Shown here: piece after piece, positions 22,899-33,797 of the stretch
How positions within the stretch are numbered: position 1 is the stretch's first letter
Layout of the letters: each line of letters opens with the position of its first letter
Source of the DNA: Cercozoa sp. M6MM
Taxonomy: Eukaryota > Protista > Endomyxa: Ascetosporea
DNA: 33,797 nt
NCBI GenBank assembly: GCA_040357565.1
Contig: JBDODJ010000121.1
Strand: one strand, 5' to 3'
Program-made: the position numbers and the translations under genes
The notes under the pieces: model-generated
Told to the model about the DNA's origin: nothing
Seen by the model: the letters and a program-made list of their open reading frames with translations, nothing else
Database searches by the model: none

Positions 22899-24828
22899 TT
22901 AGCTGAGGTCGCCATTGGTGTAGCACGTGTACGTGAAGCCGAGAATGATGATGAGAGCCAAGATGCACCAGCAAGCCGTACCGATGAGCATGCCCTGCAA
23001 AAATCCGTGTGAGCAAACCACAAAACTGGAAACAAAAAGCTGTAGCACATTGATGATGTCTCGTCGGCTCTTCTGTTTTTTCTCGGGATCCGGGCCGTAC
23101 AACTAAACGTTTGGGACAGCAACTTAGCCGGCAGAGTACCCCACAGGAGACCAAAGGAACGGATGATACAATGTAAGGCGGATCGACCGTGGTGAAACCT
23201 TGAGTTGTCGCGATCTGACCAGTTTTTTTTTTGCGAAATTAACTTAGCGGAAAAACAGAAGGTATTTTATTACCTCCTTGGCAACTTCGATAGCGACCTC
23301 TTTGTCGTTGTATGTGAAACGCACAAAGTCTCGCAGTGGCGGGTTCTGTGGGGGGAGGGTAAGAGGGGGTAAGGGGGGTGAAGAAGAAGCCTACCAAAGC
23401 ATCGCGTTCCTGCATGGCACGCGAAAACAGTCGCGTCAGATCACTCTACAGCAACCAGACTTCAAAAAACAAAAACAAAAACAACAACACGAAAACAACA
23501 AGAAACAACAAAGCACTCACACTGGAAGTCGTGTTGCACAGTCCATCGAGGTCGTTGTTGCCGTCGTACACCATGAAGTAATTCGTGCTACTCTGCTCTG
23601 GCTACAGGGGGGTAAAAAGAGGGGAGTGGGGGGGGGGGGGGGGTAAAGAAAGCACACATGCATAATAGGAGCCACGCAGACACGATTGCGATACTTGGTG
23701 GCCGTGCGACCTCGCTCCTGCCATGAAAAGTCAGGGGTGGGNNNNNNNNNNNNNNNNNNNNNNNNNNNNNNNNNNNNNNNNNNNNNNNNNNNNNNNNNNN
23801 NNNNNNNNNNNNNNNNNNNNNNNNNNNNNNNNNNNNNNNNNAAAAGTATCTCTCTACCTTCCTAATAGCCTTGGCAGGGTCGACCACGATGTCAGTGGGC
23901 AGAGTCACATGGTAGCCACGCGCTTCTAAAGCTGCTGCTGGCAGCTGTGACGACAGGTCCGTTACCAGACCCACCTGGGGGGGGGGGGGGGGGAAAAGGG
24001 GGGGGGGGGGGGAGGGGGGGGGGGAGGTAGAGGGTAGGGACTACCTTGACATAGTTCTCCTGCCTCTCATATGCCACAGTGAAACCCGCCGCGATACCGC
24101 CGAAAATCAATGCGCCCACATAGCCTGTACAGTATATACAACCTCTCCTTTACCCCCTACCCTTCAACCCCCTTTACTCCCTACCGGACAGGAAGCCGAT
24201 GTAACACAGCGTGAGAATGGCACTGCGCGGACTCGTGCGACGCAGTTGTTTCCTGATCTCGCCCACTGCGATCGGCACCTGCGTTTCTCCACAGCAGCGG
24301 AGCGTCCCCCATCCCCGGTCAGTCCAATTAAACCAATTAAAAACTGGCTACAATCGCGAGCGGCGACAAACCGGCGAACACACCAACTGGCCAGCCCTGC
24401 GGGAGGGGTACGAGGGTAAAGGAAAAGAGAAACACAATTACCACGTCGTATGTCTTTTTCGCAAACTACGCCGCAAGGGGGTAAGGGGGGTAAAGGGGGT
24501 AAAGGGCAAAACTGACATCAACGAAGAGCGCGTGGAAGAAGAAGGCGCCGACCAGCACACTCACAATGATTAAACACACACCGCCGGTCGGTGTGAACTA
24601 CCAATCAGCGGAAGGGTCCAACCAATCAGCGGAACGGTCAGCCAAAGGGCCAGTCAAAGAGTAAGTCAGGAAAATACGAGAATATTGTCGACCGATCGCT
24701 CTTGATGTTGTTGTTCTGGTTGTGTCTGCTGCTGCTGCGGCGGTGTTTGTCGTGGACCATCCTGCGAAGGGGACGGTAAACTGCGGGTTAAGGAGAGTAA
24801 AGCTTGAAACTACAGTAGCAACGGTCAT
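22899..24828 (-). CDS. Hypothetical multi-pass membrane protein (3 N-terminal and 1 C-terminal hydrophobic segments), interrupted by assembly gap
   Basis: Exons FTPTGGVCLIIVSVLVGAFFFHALFVD / GWPVGVFAGLSPLAI / AILTLCYIGFLS-GYVGALIFGGIAAGF / ... / GMLIGTACWCILALIIILGFTYTCY joined across C-rich GT-AG introns. Confidence 0.7.
23742..23841. other. Assembly gap (100 N)
   Basis: Run of exactly 100 Ns inside a G/C-run-rich intron region. Confidence 1.
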
Positions 24829-24932
24829 TTCGACCGGTGTCGAATACGTCGGCGGAGCTGATGTGCCACCTCTGCATACCCACTACGTGAAAAGCCACAA
24901 CTTGAACAGACCGCACCAGGGCTGGAGTAAAA

Positions 24933-25587
24933 TCACGCTTCATCGTCACTTACGACGCTCTCGCCGTCACTGTTGGCGAAATCATCCTCATGGAAGTCAA
25001 TGATCGTGTCTGGTTGTCTATTCGCCTTCGGCAGCAGCTTGCGAATCTCTTCACCAACGATCTCTTGCTGATCAACATCCGCGCGGATATCAGAACAAAT
25101 ACCCAAGGATCACAGCATTGCACATACATTTAAGTTGAGAAGCCAGCGCCCGTCCTGTGAGAGTGCGTGTAGTGGCAAACGCAGTCGATTGGCGCAGTTT
25201 TCGCGCAACTCGTGCTGAGTTTGCTCCGTTTGGAGCCATGTGATCTGGTGAAAAGCAACCCAATGCTTCGAGTCTCATTTGTCCTTGGTGAGTCTGTACC
25301 GTCAGTCCTTCGACGCTTTCGCAGTAGATTTCGTACAGCTCGCGAGCAAGCTGCTCATGGCCTGCACCACATATCTTGTGATTTGTGTCCAACAAAAAAC
25401 AAAAACAAAACATCAGGCCACTGTGACCAGTCACTGGCAGATGCATGCTACCTGCCATAGCCTCAAACTACACTCTACACACGGGTGCGCACTGTTTCGC
25501 GGCAATCAATGGACGATTTCGGCTTGATTTCGATGTTTTGTTTTGCCAGCTCTTGATCAATCACCAAACTACCTCCAATTCCGACAT
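24933..25587 (-). CDS. Small hypothetical protein with acidic C-terminus; start uncertain
   Basis: GHEQLARELYEIYCESVEGLT / ITWLQTEQTQHELRENCANRL...LLNLN / QEIVGEEIRKLL...DFHEDDFANSDGESVVSDDEA* join by GT-AG introns. Confidence 0.55.
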
Positions 25588-25828
25588 CTTTCCAGCAAAC
25601 AACAACAAACTTTCGCACAACCTGTGGGAGAAAATGGGAGGGTGGATTCGTATCTGACAGCTTAGTGTACAGCAACCGCGCGGACAATACAGTGTAGAAT
25701 AACGAAACTATCTCCCGAGGTGTCTGATCCGCGCGGACGTCTGACCTTGATTTCCGCCCAGGGAGTCGCAAAGCTTGCAAGGTCGTTCCTGGAGTAAGCG
25801 TCTAGCAGTTGACGACTTGATACAAACG

Positions 25829-27321
25829 ATGCTCGTTAAGCTTGCCTTCGTGGCAGGAATTGCTTTTTCCAAAGCCGCAGATGAGGTCAGTTTAAGCTGC
25901 GTTGTGTTTGCCTGCTTGTCAACTTATAGGAATTGAAACATCTGGAACGCTGATCGGTTTGCTGAGTTTAGTGTTGCTGGCAAGGCAACTGCGTGGCTCC
26001 TGGAAACTGGATGGAAGGAGGCAACATGCGTTGCTACTGCACTTCAGAAGGGTGGACACAGTGCGAAGAGGTGGACATCGGGGGCAACTGCTGTTGGCAA
26101 GGCGAGTGTGTTTCTTGGGGTACATGGTTAGAAGGCAACACACACAAATGTCGCTGCACCGAGCATGTAAATCAAAGTGCAGTTTTAATGAAAATTAAGT
26201 TTGAAAAGTGGAAAAGACACGCAATTGCAAATGTAGGGATGGTCTGATTGTGAGCCCATCAATCACGAGGACACAAAGTGTTGTTACGAAGGGCATTGCG
26301 TTGACCATGGCGAGTGGTGGGAAGGGCAGGACAAGAAGTGCAAGTACATTCCACTGCTTTCTCACCTTGTTGATAACCGAATAACTTTGACGTTTGGTTA
26401 CACAAAGATGCTGGTACGGCGAATGGAAGGTGCGTTTGTTCTTGACATTGATCTGTACAACATATTGCCCCGTAGCTCTATTTTTATTAATGTGAATCGC
26501 AGGATTGCCAGGAGAAGAAAGAATGCTGCCACGATGGCAACTGTGTCGACTGGGGTCGTTGGCTGGACCGAGTATTTTCTTCCTCTGAGTCAGTTCTCGT
26601 TGCGATATTCTATTTTGTAGTGCAAGTGCTCTTGGGGAGGCGAATGGGCCGAAGACTGCGAATGGCATGACGGCCAGCAGTGCTGCTGGCAGGGACAGTG
26701 CGTCGGGCAAGGCGAGTGGCTTGACAGATGTCAGGTACAGTTAACTAAAGTTGAGTTTCTGATCAGGGCCCTGAACTGTGTGGACTGTGAACTGAACTGC
26801 GAAGTGCACAACGAGCGGTTGGGACTGCCAGCCGCAGGACGAAGATGAAAAATGCTGCTGGCAGGGGCACTGTGTGAACAATGGTGAGTGGTATGAAGCT
26901 GATGACAAACGCTGCAAGTGTCAGCACGGGCAATGGATAGAGGTGCAGTCCCATAATTGTCTCCTTACCGGAAATACATTGAGACCGAAACTAAACATTA
27001 AAACTGCCTTTTAGTGCAAGAACAAAAAGCAGTGCTGCTGGAACGGCAACTGCGTCGACTGGGGCGAATCCTGGAACGGGGTAATTTTACAAGCACAGTG
27101 CCTTCGCCTTGTCTGTCAGCTAACTTTATCCAGCGTGTGTGATACTGTAGTGCCAATGCAACTGGGACGGCAAGTGGTCCGACGACTGTGATTGGGCTCA
27201 TGACGAACATCGATGCTGCTGGCAAGGTCACTGCGTCGGCGAAAACGAATGGCTCACCGGAGACACGCAACGCTGCAAATGCACTCCCGCAGGTTGGAGC
27301 GACTGCCAGCCTTTGCATTGA
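25829..27321 (+). CDS. Secreted Cys/Trp-rich protein with eight CC(W)xGxCVxx(G)xW...CxC...WxxC modules (~312 aa)
   Basis: Exons 25829-25885, 25972-26166, 26237-26343, 26408-26429, 26503-26571, 26621-26734, 26805-26942, 27015-27080, 27151-27321; signal-like MLVKLAFVAGIAFSKAA; every GT-AG junction restores the repeat register. Confidence 0.9.
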
Positions 27322-27754
27322 CAAAGCCCGAATTCGCGTCACTGTTGTGCGGAGGCCAGAAGCCATGAAAAAAAAACAATCTAAACGCCTGGTTGACAGT
27401 CGAGAAGTTTAAGTTCCATGAAGCATTTCTCACTCTTTCAACGTCGGTCAACCGAACTGAACACGGGCGGCAAAAGGCTAGCAACATTCTCCGAAAATCA
27501 GGCCCGTCTGGGTGGGAAATAGTGTCAGTGTATACTGTACGTATTGTAAACGCCACGATACTCAGTAGCTGAGCACAAGTTGAGTCGAAAGTCGAAACGC
27601 AGTGAAAATTAACGGTAAAAGAGCAGGAGATCGATACCTGCGTTTCTCCGAGATAAATTTACCCGTTCACTCACAAAAGCCGAAGCAAGGCATTAGAGCG
27701 CCGGTGAGCGATCACAGAACTTGTGCAAGCCCTGGTAGTCTGGGAGTTGTCCAG

Positions 27755-30669
27755 ATGGGGCAGTGCTTGACTCGGGCGCACAGGAGTCACCGACGGGTTC
27801 GACAGGATTCGCGTGTCAGCGATGTGGAGGTCGCTACAGGCTCAAGCGCGCCGGAAACTGTGAATGTGGCCAGCAAAGACGACCATGACACGCGAGTGCA
27901 TCTGGAGCAGCCACCACGCTCGCCTGAGCCGCGACACTTGCGACATCGAAGTGCTCCACGCGGTGAAGCGCTTTACCGAGCTTCGACGGCAAGCAGCAAG
28001 AGTTCTCGGAGCTACAGTGTGAGTGCTGCGCACACTTCAGTTCGCAGTGTGATCGCAACTAGTTCTCGCTTTTCGGTCACACCGCCGACACTTCACGAGG
28101 CATCGCAAGCTGCTTCGACTCGGGTCAACATGCGGTGCTCCAGTGCGATTTCGACTGCGTTGCGACTGCTTCTGGACGTTCAAGTCAGTTTTCACAAAAA
28201 ATTCCACTTTCATTGATGCTCTCCGTCATCCTCTAGCTTGGTTGAATTTAGGCAAATATGTCAGAGATCGAGTTGACGCAGTCAGTTGCATGTAATCGTT
28301 CAATTCCGTTGTTTTGTGTCTTCAGTTTGCAATTATCAAACAGCAATGCTGTTTGTTTTGACAGCAATAGGACGTATGTTAATCTTGGCTGCTGGAACAC
28401 AAGCCTCCGAAGCAACAGTAGAACCAGAAACTGCCTTGCTAAACCACACTACTCACTCAGCATCCATGAACAATGTTTACGCACTGTTCGCACGGCATAG
28501 CGACTTGCGTTCGCCTGCTTCGCTACCAAGTAGAACTCTGAGGAATCAAGATCGAACTGCGAACGAAGACGAGTCGCTTCCTTCAACGAATTCAAAAACA
28601 AAATCGCTCGTGAGTTCCAAGGCTTCGGCCACGGCGCAGTCTTTGGCCGTGCTGTCGAAGCGCGAGCACGCGATGCAGCAGCGGGCAGAGCGAAGACTGA
28701 AAACACACCAGGCTTCGCACTCTTGGTCACCGCAAACCAGTCAGACTTCGCAAGAAAACCCAAATCCAGAATCGTTGGAAGCCAGCATTCTCACGCATGA
28801 CACCATCATTGCTCTGACAACTGACAGGGAGATTGATCACGAAAGAAACGCGGTCGCAGTGAATGATTACGAGGAGGTATCGGACCAGTACCTCGAAATA
28901 GCCGTCAGTCCGCCCATCGTTCGTGCATTGCGACACGGCATCGACTCCTGGGACTTTGACATCTTTGAGTTTCGGTACTTTACAGTATTGGCAGTGTCTG
29001 CAGTGCCAGTGTTTCTTCCGTTTAGAGAGCACGTGGCTTCGATATCACACAGCGACGACTCTGCTCTGTATGTCGGCTTGCTTCCAGTCTTTGGAGCACA
29101 CGTGTTGTCACGTCCGGTCTCTTTTATGTCCAACCAACACACGTGTTTTACAACTGAAACAACAAAAACTCTAAGTTTAGGACTCGAGTTGTTTCCACTC
29201 GATACAAACGAAGCAAGGATCGAGCTTCCTGCCAAAGAGTTGATGCACTTTCTCTGGGCCGTTGAAATCGGGTACGATAACTTGTGCTACTGACTCCACT
29301 TGTGATCTACTGTACTGGTAGGTACCGTGATAAGAACCCGTACCACAACTCTACACACGCGGGTACCTGGGGATCTTTGAACTTACAGATTTCAGTTGCG
29401 TCAGCTTCTGTTTTTTTTTAATGTAGCCGATGTTGCACACAAGTCGATGTTGTTGTTGCGGCAAATAGAGGTGCCTGTGCACCCGCTGGACGCACTGGCT
29501 GTCCTTCTTGCGGCTATCTGTCACGATTACGCGTACGTTGGATTTCGTTCCAACTGGACACTTTGTGTGTACTACTTTGGACTCGACACAGACACCCGGG
29601 TACCACGAACGATTTCCTCATCGAGACAGAGCACGAAGTCGCTCTCACTTACAACGACCAGAGCGTGCTTGAGAACTTTTCTGCAGCTCAGGTAAACTAC
29701 AGTTTAAAGTTGAGAACTCATGAATTTAGTCTCGCGTTGCTTCAACTTCAGGTGTTTCGTTTGATGCGCGCGCAGCCACAGTGCGATATCTTCAGTCGAT
29801 TCAACTACACAGAGCGCAGGAGGATACGAAAAACCTTTGTTTCGTGTGTGCTGGCAACAGTATCTTTAAACTAAAATTGAACTGACTCTTTGCAATGTTT
29901 GAACAGGTTTATAAATTTACACTTCTCTTTTGTCGAAGGATATGCGTGCGCACTCAACGCTCGTTCAGTCTTTCGGTTCAGCAAACATCTGTCACCTTCA
30001 AAAAGACAAGACTCACGAATGTGATCCTGTCGCAAGCGGTCCAAACAAGGAGGCAGATCTGCTTTTCAAGGTGAGTTTCCGATACCACTGTTGATTTTAC
30101 GTGCATGCGATTGCTTCAATATCTGTTTTAGACACTTGTGCACATGGCGGACCTGTCCGACACTGGAGTGGCAGCTCTGCCAGAGATGGGCACGTGCGAT
30201 TCAGAAAGAGTGGTTCATCCAGGGCGAGTTGCACGAGGAGTGGCGCCAGGTGCTCGTGTCGCTGGAAGGAAACGACGATGACATTCCGCCCGTCCCCGAT
30301 ATGTTCGGTATATTTGAGATATACAACCTGAGTACAGATAACCAGAACATACTACCTTTCTTGTTTTCACAGCCAAAGAACGAGCAGCATCGCTGCCGCA
30401 AGCACAAATGGTCAGTTGAATTTTAAATTGACAGTTTCCTTCTGTCTTAAGTGCCTTTTCAATTTCCCTTCCCCATGCTGCACAAACAAAGGGTTTTGCC
30501 GACTTTGTGGTGTCACCTTTGCTCGAAGCCTGGGCGGCCAAGTTTCCCGATTCAGGTTCTGTGCTGCTTGAGCGACTGCAGTCCAACCGCTCGCGCTGGT
30601 CACGTATCAGTTTTTCTACTGCACGATATCTTTGCGTGATACTGTTGTTTACCCGTAGAGCTGCTATAA
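27755..30669 (+). CDS. Class I 3',5'-cyclic nucleotide phosphodiesterase, frameshifted near 30156 (possible pseudogene or assembly error)
   Basis: [68 protein letters not shown] motifs; N-terminal MGQC. Confidence 0.88.
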
Positions 30670-31000
30670 CGATTCTTGGAGACGAAGACACTAAACGCCG
30701 TCTATTAATCAAGATCAGCGAGGAGGACGAAGTGGATTGTGATTCGATTCGAATGGCTGTCGTAGCTAACGTTAGGTCTGTAATGTACTCGACTGCGACT
30801 CGTTCCGTCAGCTGCGGAGCGCGGAATGTCATGATCTAAATAGCATAGTGCTCCACTTTATGACTGTATGCGACTGCCGCTCTGCAAGTTGCAGTACTGC
30901 TAGCGTGTTAGTTTTCAGTTGCGGCAATGCAGCAAGCTACAATACTAGTTTTCAGTCGACCCATTTGAAGTCCGCGGCGAATGTAGGTCCGAACTCCGCG

Positions 31001-33464
31001 TTAGGTGCGAATCGCGGCGAGTTCAGGTCCAGCACGAGGTCTCAAACCGGCACCAGGAGGACTGAACGGAATCGGGTGTACGCCCACCTCTGGCTGCTCT
31101 TCGTGGAAGGTCGGAATCGACACTGGGCAGTTCTCCAGTTGAACTTTGGCGGAGTCAAGCAAAATGGCACACAGTCGGTCACGCACTTCAGCCGCGAACG
31201 GTCGCCCCGGTACACCGAATTGCAGCATCTGACGCAACAAGATGATTATCTCAAGTTGCACGGCACGAGGCATTGTTGCGTCCTGTGGTGTCAGTTGTGC
31301 ATCCAACGGCAGCAGCGACATGCTCTGTTGGATTAAAGAATACAAACAAAGCAGTCATTCAGAACTAAAAACTGAGTACCCCTGTCTCCTGAGCTCGTTT
31401 AAAAGCAGCCGACAGATGATACAGCAACTGTACTGCCGATTCTCTGGCCGGTATTTTGCCCAAATAGTGCTCGATACCTGCACACATTGTAAACTCTCTT
31501 TTACGATTTCACACAGGAGATGAGACATACTCTGTCCAAAGAGAAGTTCCGACATGACAAGACCGAGCGACCAGACGTCGCTGCGCGAGTACAACTGTGC
31601 ACCCCACAAGTCAACTGAAGTCAACAAACAGTGTCGGTGGATGGAACCTCAAGGTTAAAGACGCCACCAGCTGTAAGCATCTCGGGCGCAATGTACTGCG
31701 GAGTGCCCTTAGCCTCCTGCGTAGTTGCGTACAGTGCGAGACCATGTAAAAGGACAGGCACATGTACGGAGGAAGCAAGTTCGTACCACTCCCGTGCTAC
31801 CATCGCTGGCGATACCGAGGTCAACGAGTGTGGACCGCACACTGCCGTTTGCGTGTTCCACATGCACACGAGTCGGTGACCACTCGTAAGACGGACTTGC
31901 CTTGAGCACAACGTTGCCGGGCTTGACGTCAAAGTGCACAGCTCCTGGGATACATTGTCAATACAAACACTTTATTTATGTAGATACTATCTATATATTT
32001 TGTATGTATATAAGTTATATATATATATACTGTATGTAGTTAGCTGCAAGTACCATTGCCGTGCATGTGTGCGAGCGCAGTAGCAACGTCGATCGTAATG
32101 ACGAGTTGCGTCACCCAGTTGTGACGAACAGTGTCGAACAACAGCTGCGTCCGCTTCGTCGGCGTCGCGGTCCTGTCGTACATACAGGTATTATACCCTT
32201 GGTCTATAGGTACACTCAGAAAGAGGACTGAGTTACATGGCACGGTGCAGCGAGTTCCAGCCGTAGTGCGGCATGAGCATGAGGTCGCTGTCGTTGGCAT
32301 CGTGCGCGCTCGTGTCCAATGACAGGAAGGCTACGGCGTGCGCTAACTGGGGACTACTCACAACGTATACATAGTGTTAATGCTATATTCATACAATATT
32401 TAATATTTAAGTTCAAAGAGCACACTGTACCAAGGAGCAGCGGCCAGTTCGACGGCGTACTCGTCGGAATCGCTGCCGGCCGTGTAGGACGAAGGAGTCG
32501 TCTTGCCAGGAGAGACACTGACAGCACTTGCTTCTTCACCGAACTGCGCCTTCTTCATCATGCGGTACTCAGCCTTGCCTCGTGGCATCACCTATCATAT
32601 ACAGACTCATACACACACGCATATACTGATACACACACACACACGCATATACTGATACACACACACACACATACACACACACACACACATACACACACAA
32701 CAAGATAGAGTCTACTCAGTATAGACCCGATACCTTGAACACAATGCCGCCTTTTTCAAGTTCGATCAGATCTATGGCTCGTTGGGCACTTCCTGTTTAT
32801 GCGAGAGGGGTAGCGAAGTACAAAGCGGATAAGTATGCCACGTACTATACACGGGCGTCATGGTGCCTCGATCGGCGAACGACACGGGACTGCGACTGCC
32901 ACTGGGCGGCGTTTTCGCAAACGTCGGCGTCAGCAGACTACACGACGGCGCCAGTTCACTACAGGGGGGGGGGGGGGGGGTAAAGAAGGGGGAAAAGAGA
33001 GGGGGACAAAACTACTGCAGATCGGCCAGCAGACGCAACAGCGGCATGAGCTGATTGAGGACCAGTTGCGCCTTGTTGAGATTGATGCGAGCCGAGCTTT
33101 CGTCGACGCTTCCTTCGAACTCCTCTTCGAACTCATCGTCAACGGCAGCAGTTGTTGTCTCCGGCTCTTCCGGCTCTTCCGGCTCTTCCGGCTCTTTCGG
33201 CTCAACGAGAACTATGTCTTCCGGCTCTATGACGCCTGCGGAAGAGTCAGTGTCGACCAGGTCGCCAAAGCCGGACAAGTGCGTCGACTCAATTGTCTGC
33301 TGTGCCTGCTGGAGTCGTCGCTCCTCCTGCTCCTCTTTCTCAGTGAGCACGTAGGGATTCTCGCCAAAACTGATCACGCGTCCTTGCGTGCCCTAGGGAA
33401 AGAACAACATGGCAAATGTAACAATTTAGGATGGAGGTAGAATGGATACAGTAAGTTTATATAT

Positions 33465-33505
<41 letters not shown>

Positions 33506-33797
33506 TATATATATATATATCAATAACTGACATCTAAATTTATAGATATATATTTATATTTGTATACATACATTTCTACATAAACTTATATATATATATA
33601 TATAAATAAATTTATATTTATATATTTATCAACATATATATAGACTCTGTGCGAAAAAAGTAACAAAAAGAAACGCACCGAACCAACGACCGAAGCGTTG
33701 AGCAGTCGGTACAGATTAGTGGAACTCCCAGGCTGACTCATGTGCACCAGGAGTTGCAGCGTGGCCTGAACAGAGCACACACATACACACACACACA
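31001..33797 (-). CDS. Ser/Thr-type protein kinase with acidic N-terminal region; 5' end beyond window
   Basis: IVFKV (II), AEYRMM (III), DVATALAHMH, VHFDVKPGNVV (VIb), LVDLGIA (VII), GTPQYIAPE (VIII), SDVWSLGLVMSEL (IX); stop at 31001. Confidence 0.88.
32600..32700. repeat. (CA)n-rich microsatellite intron
   Basis: Direct. Confidence 0.9.
33160..33203. repeat. 9-bp coding repeat (ccggctctt)n encoding EPE repeats in the kinase
   Basis: EPKEPEEPEEPEEPE in the minus frame. Confidence 0.85.
33455..33642. repeat. (TA)n-rich intron
   Basis: Direct. Confidence 0.9.

Noticed and set aside
26195-27366. Minus-strand ORFs with repeated LPAA..MPFAV motifs
   Set aside because: Antisense shadows of the Cys/Trp repeat gene.
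1-33797. Alternative genetic code or non-canonical introns
   Set aside because: In the genes I could trace, apparent in-frame stops are removed by ordinary GT-AG introns and genes end in TAA or TGA; only the PDE lesion is unexplained.
1-33797. Transposon, tRNA or rRNA genes
   Set aside because: No transposase/RT motifs, terminal repeats with target duplications, cloverleaf or rRNA-conserved blocks recognised.

Overview
Gene-dense window from a eukaryotic genome, most likely a flagellated protist (PACRG present). It has many short (~50-100 nt) GT-AG introns, uses the standard code, and has one 100-N gap at 23742-23841. Hand-splicing gives about 18 protein genes. Recognisable ones are the proteasome inhibitor PI31, PACRG, a divergent eIF4E with a long C-terminal tail, an ABCG/White half-transporter, a class I cyclic-nucleotide phosphodiesterase with a frameshift in the catalytic domain, and a 5'-truncated non-RD protein kinase. 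There is also a possible XRCC4-like gene, a long coiled-coil gene and several orphans. Three items stand out. (1) A ~245-nt highly base-paired intergenic element (5066-5309, minus strand) ends in a T5 run and contains the 1.5-repeat motif CCGUAAAACCGU; it is a candidate Pol III ncRNA, possibly a telomerase RNA templating a non-canonical TTTTACGG repeat. (2) A basic protein is built from six VxGYTRxDGTxVxxHxRxxP repeats. (3) A secreted protein of eight 6-Cys, Trp-rich modules is almost entirely missed by the ORF track. A subset of introns use poly-C tracts or are filled with microsatellites. All exon structures and family calls were made by eye, without database searches.
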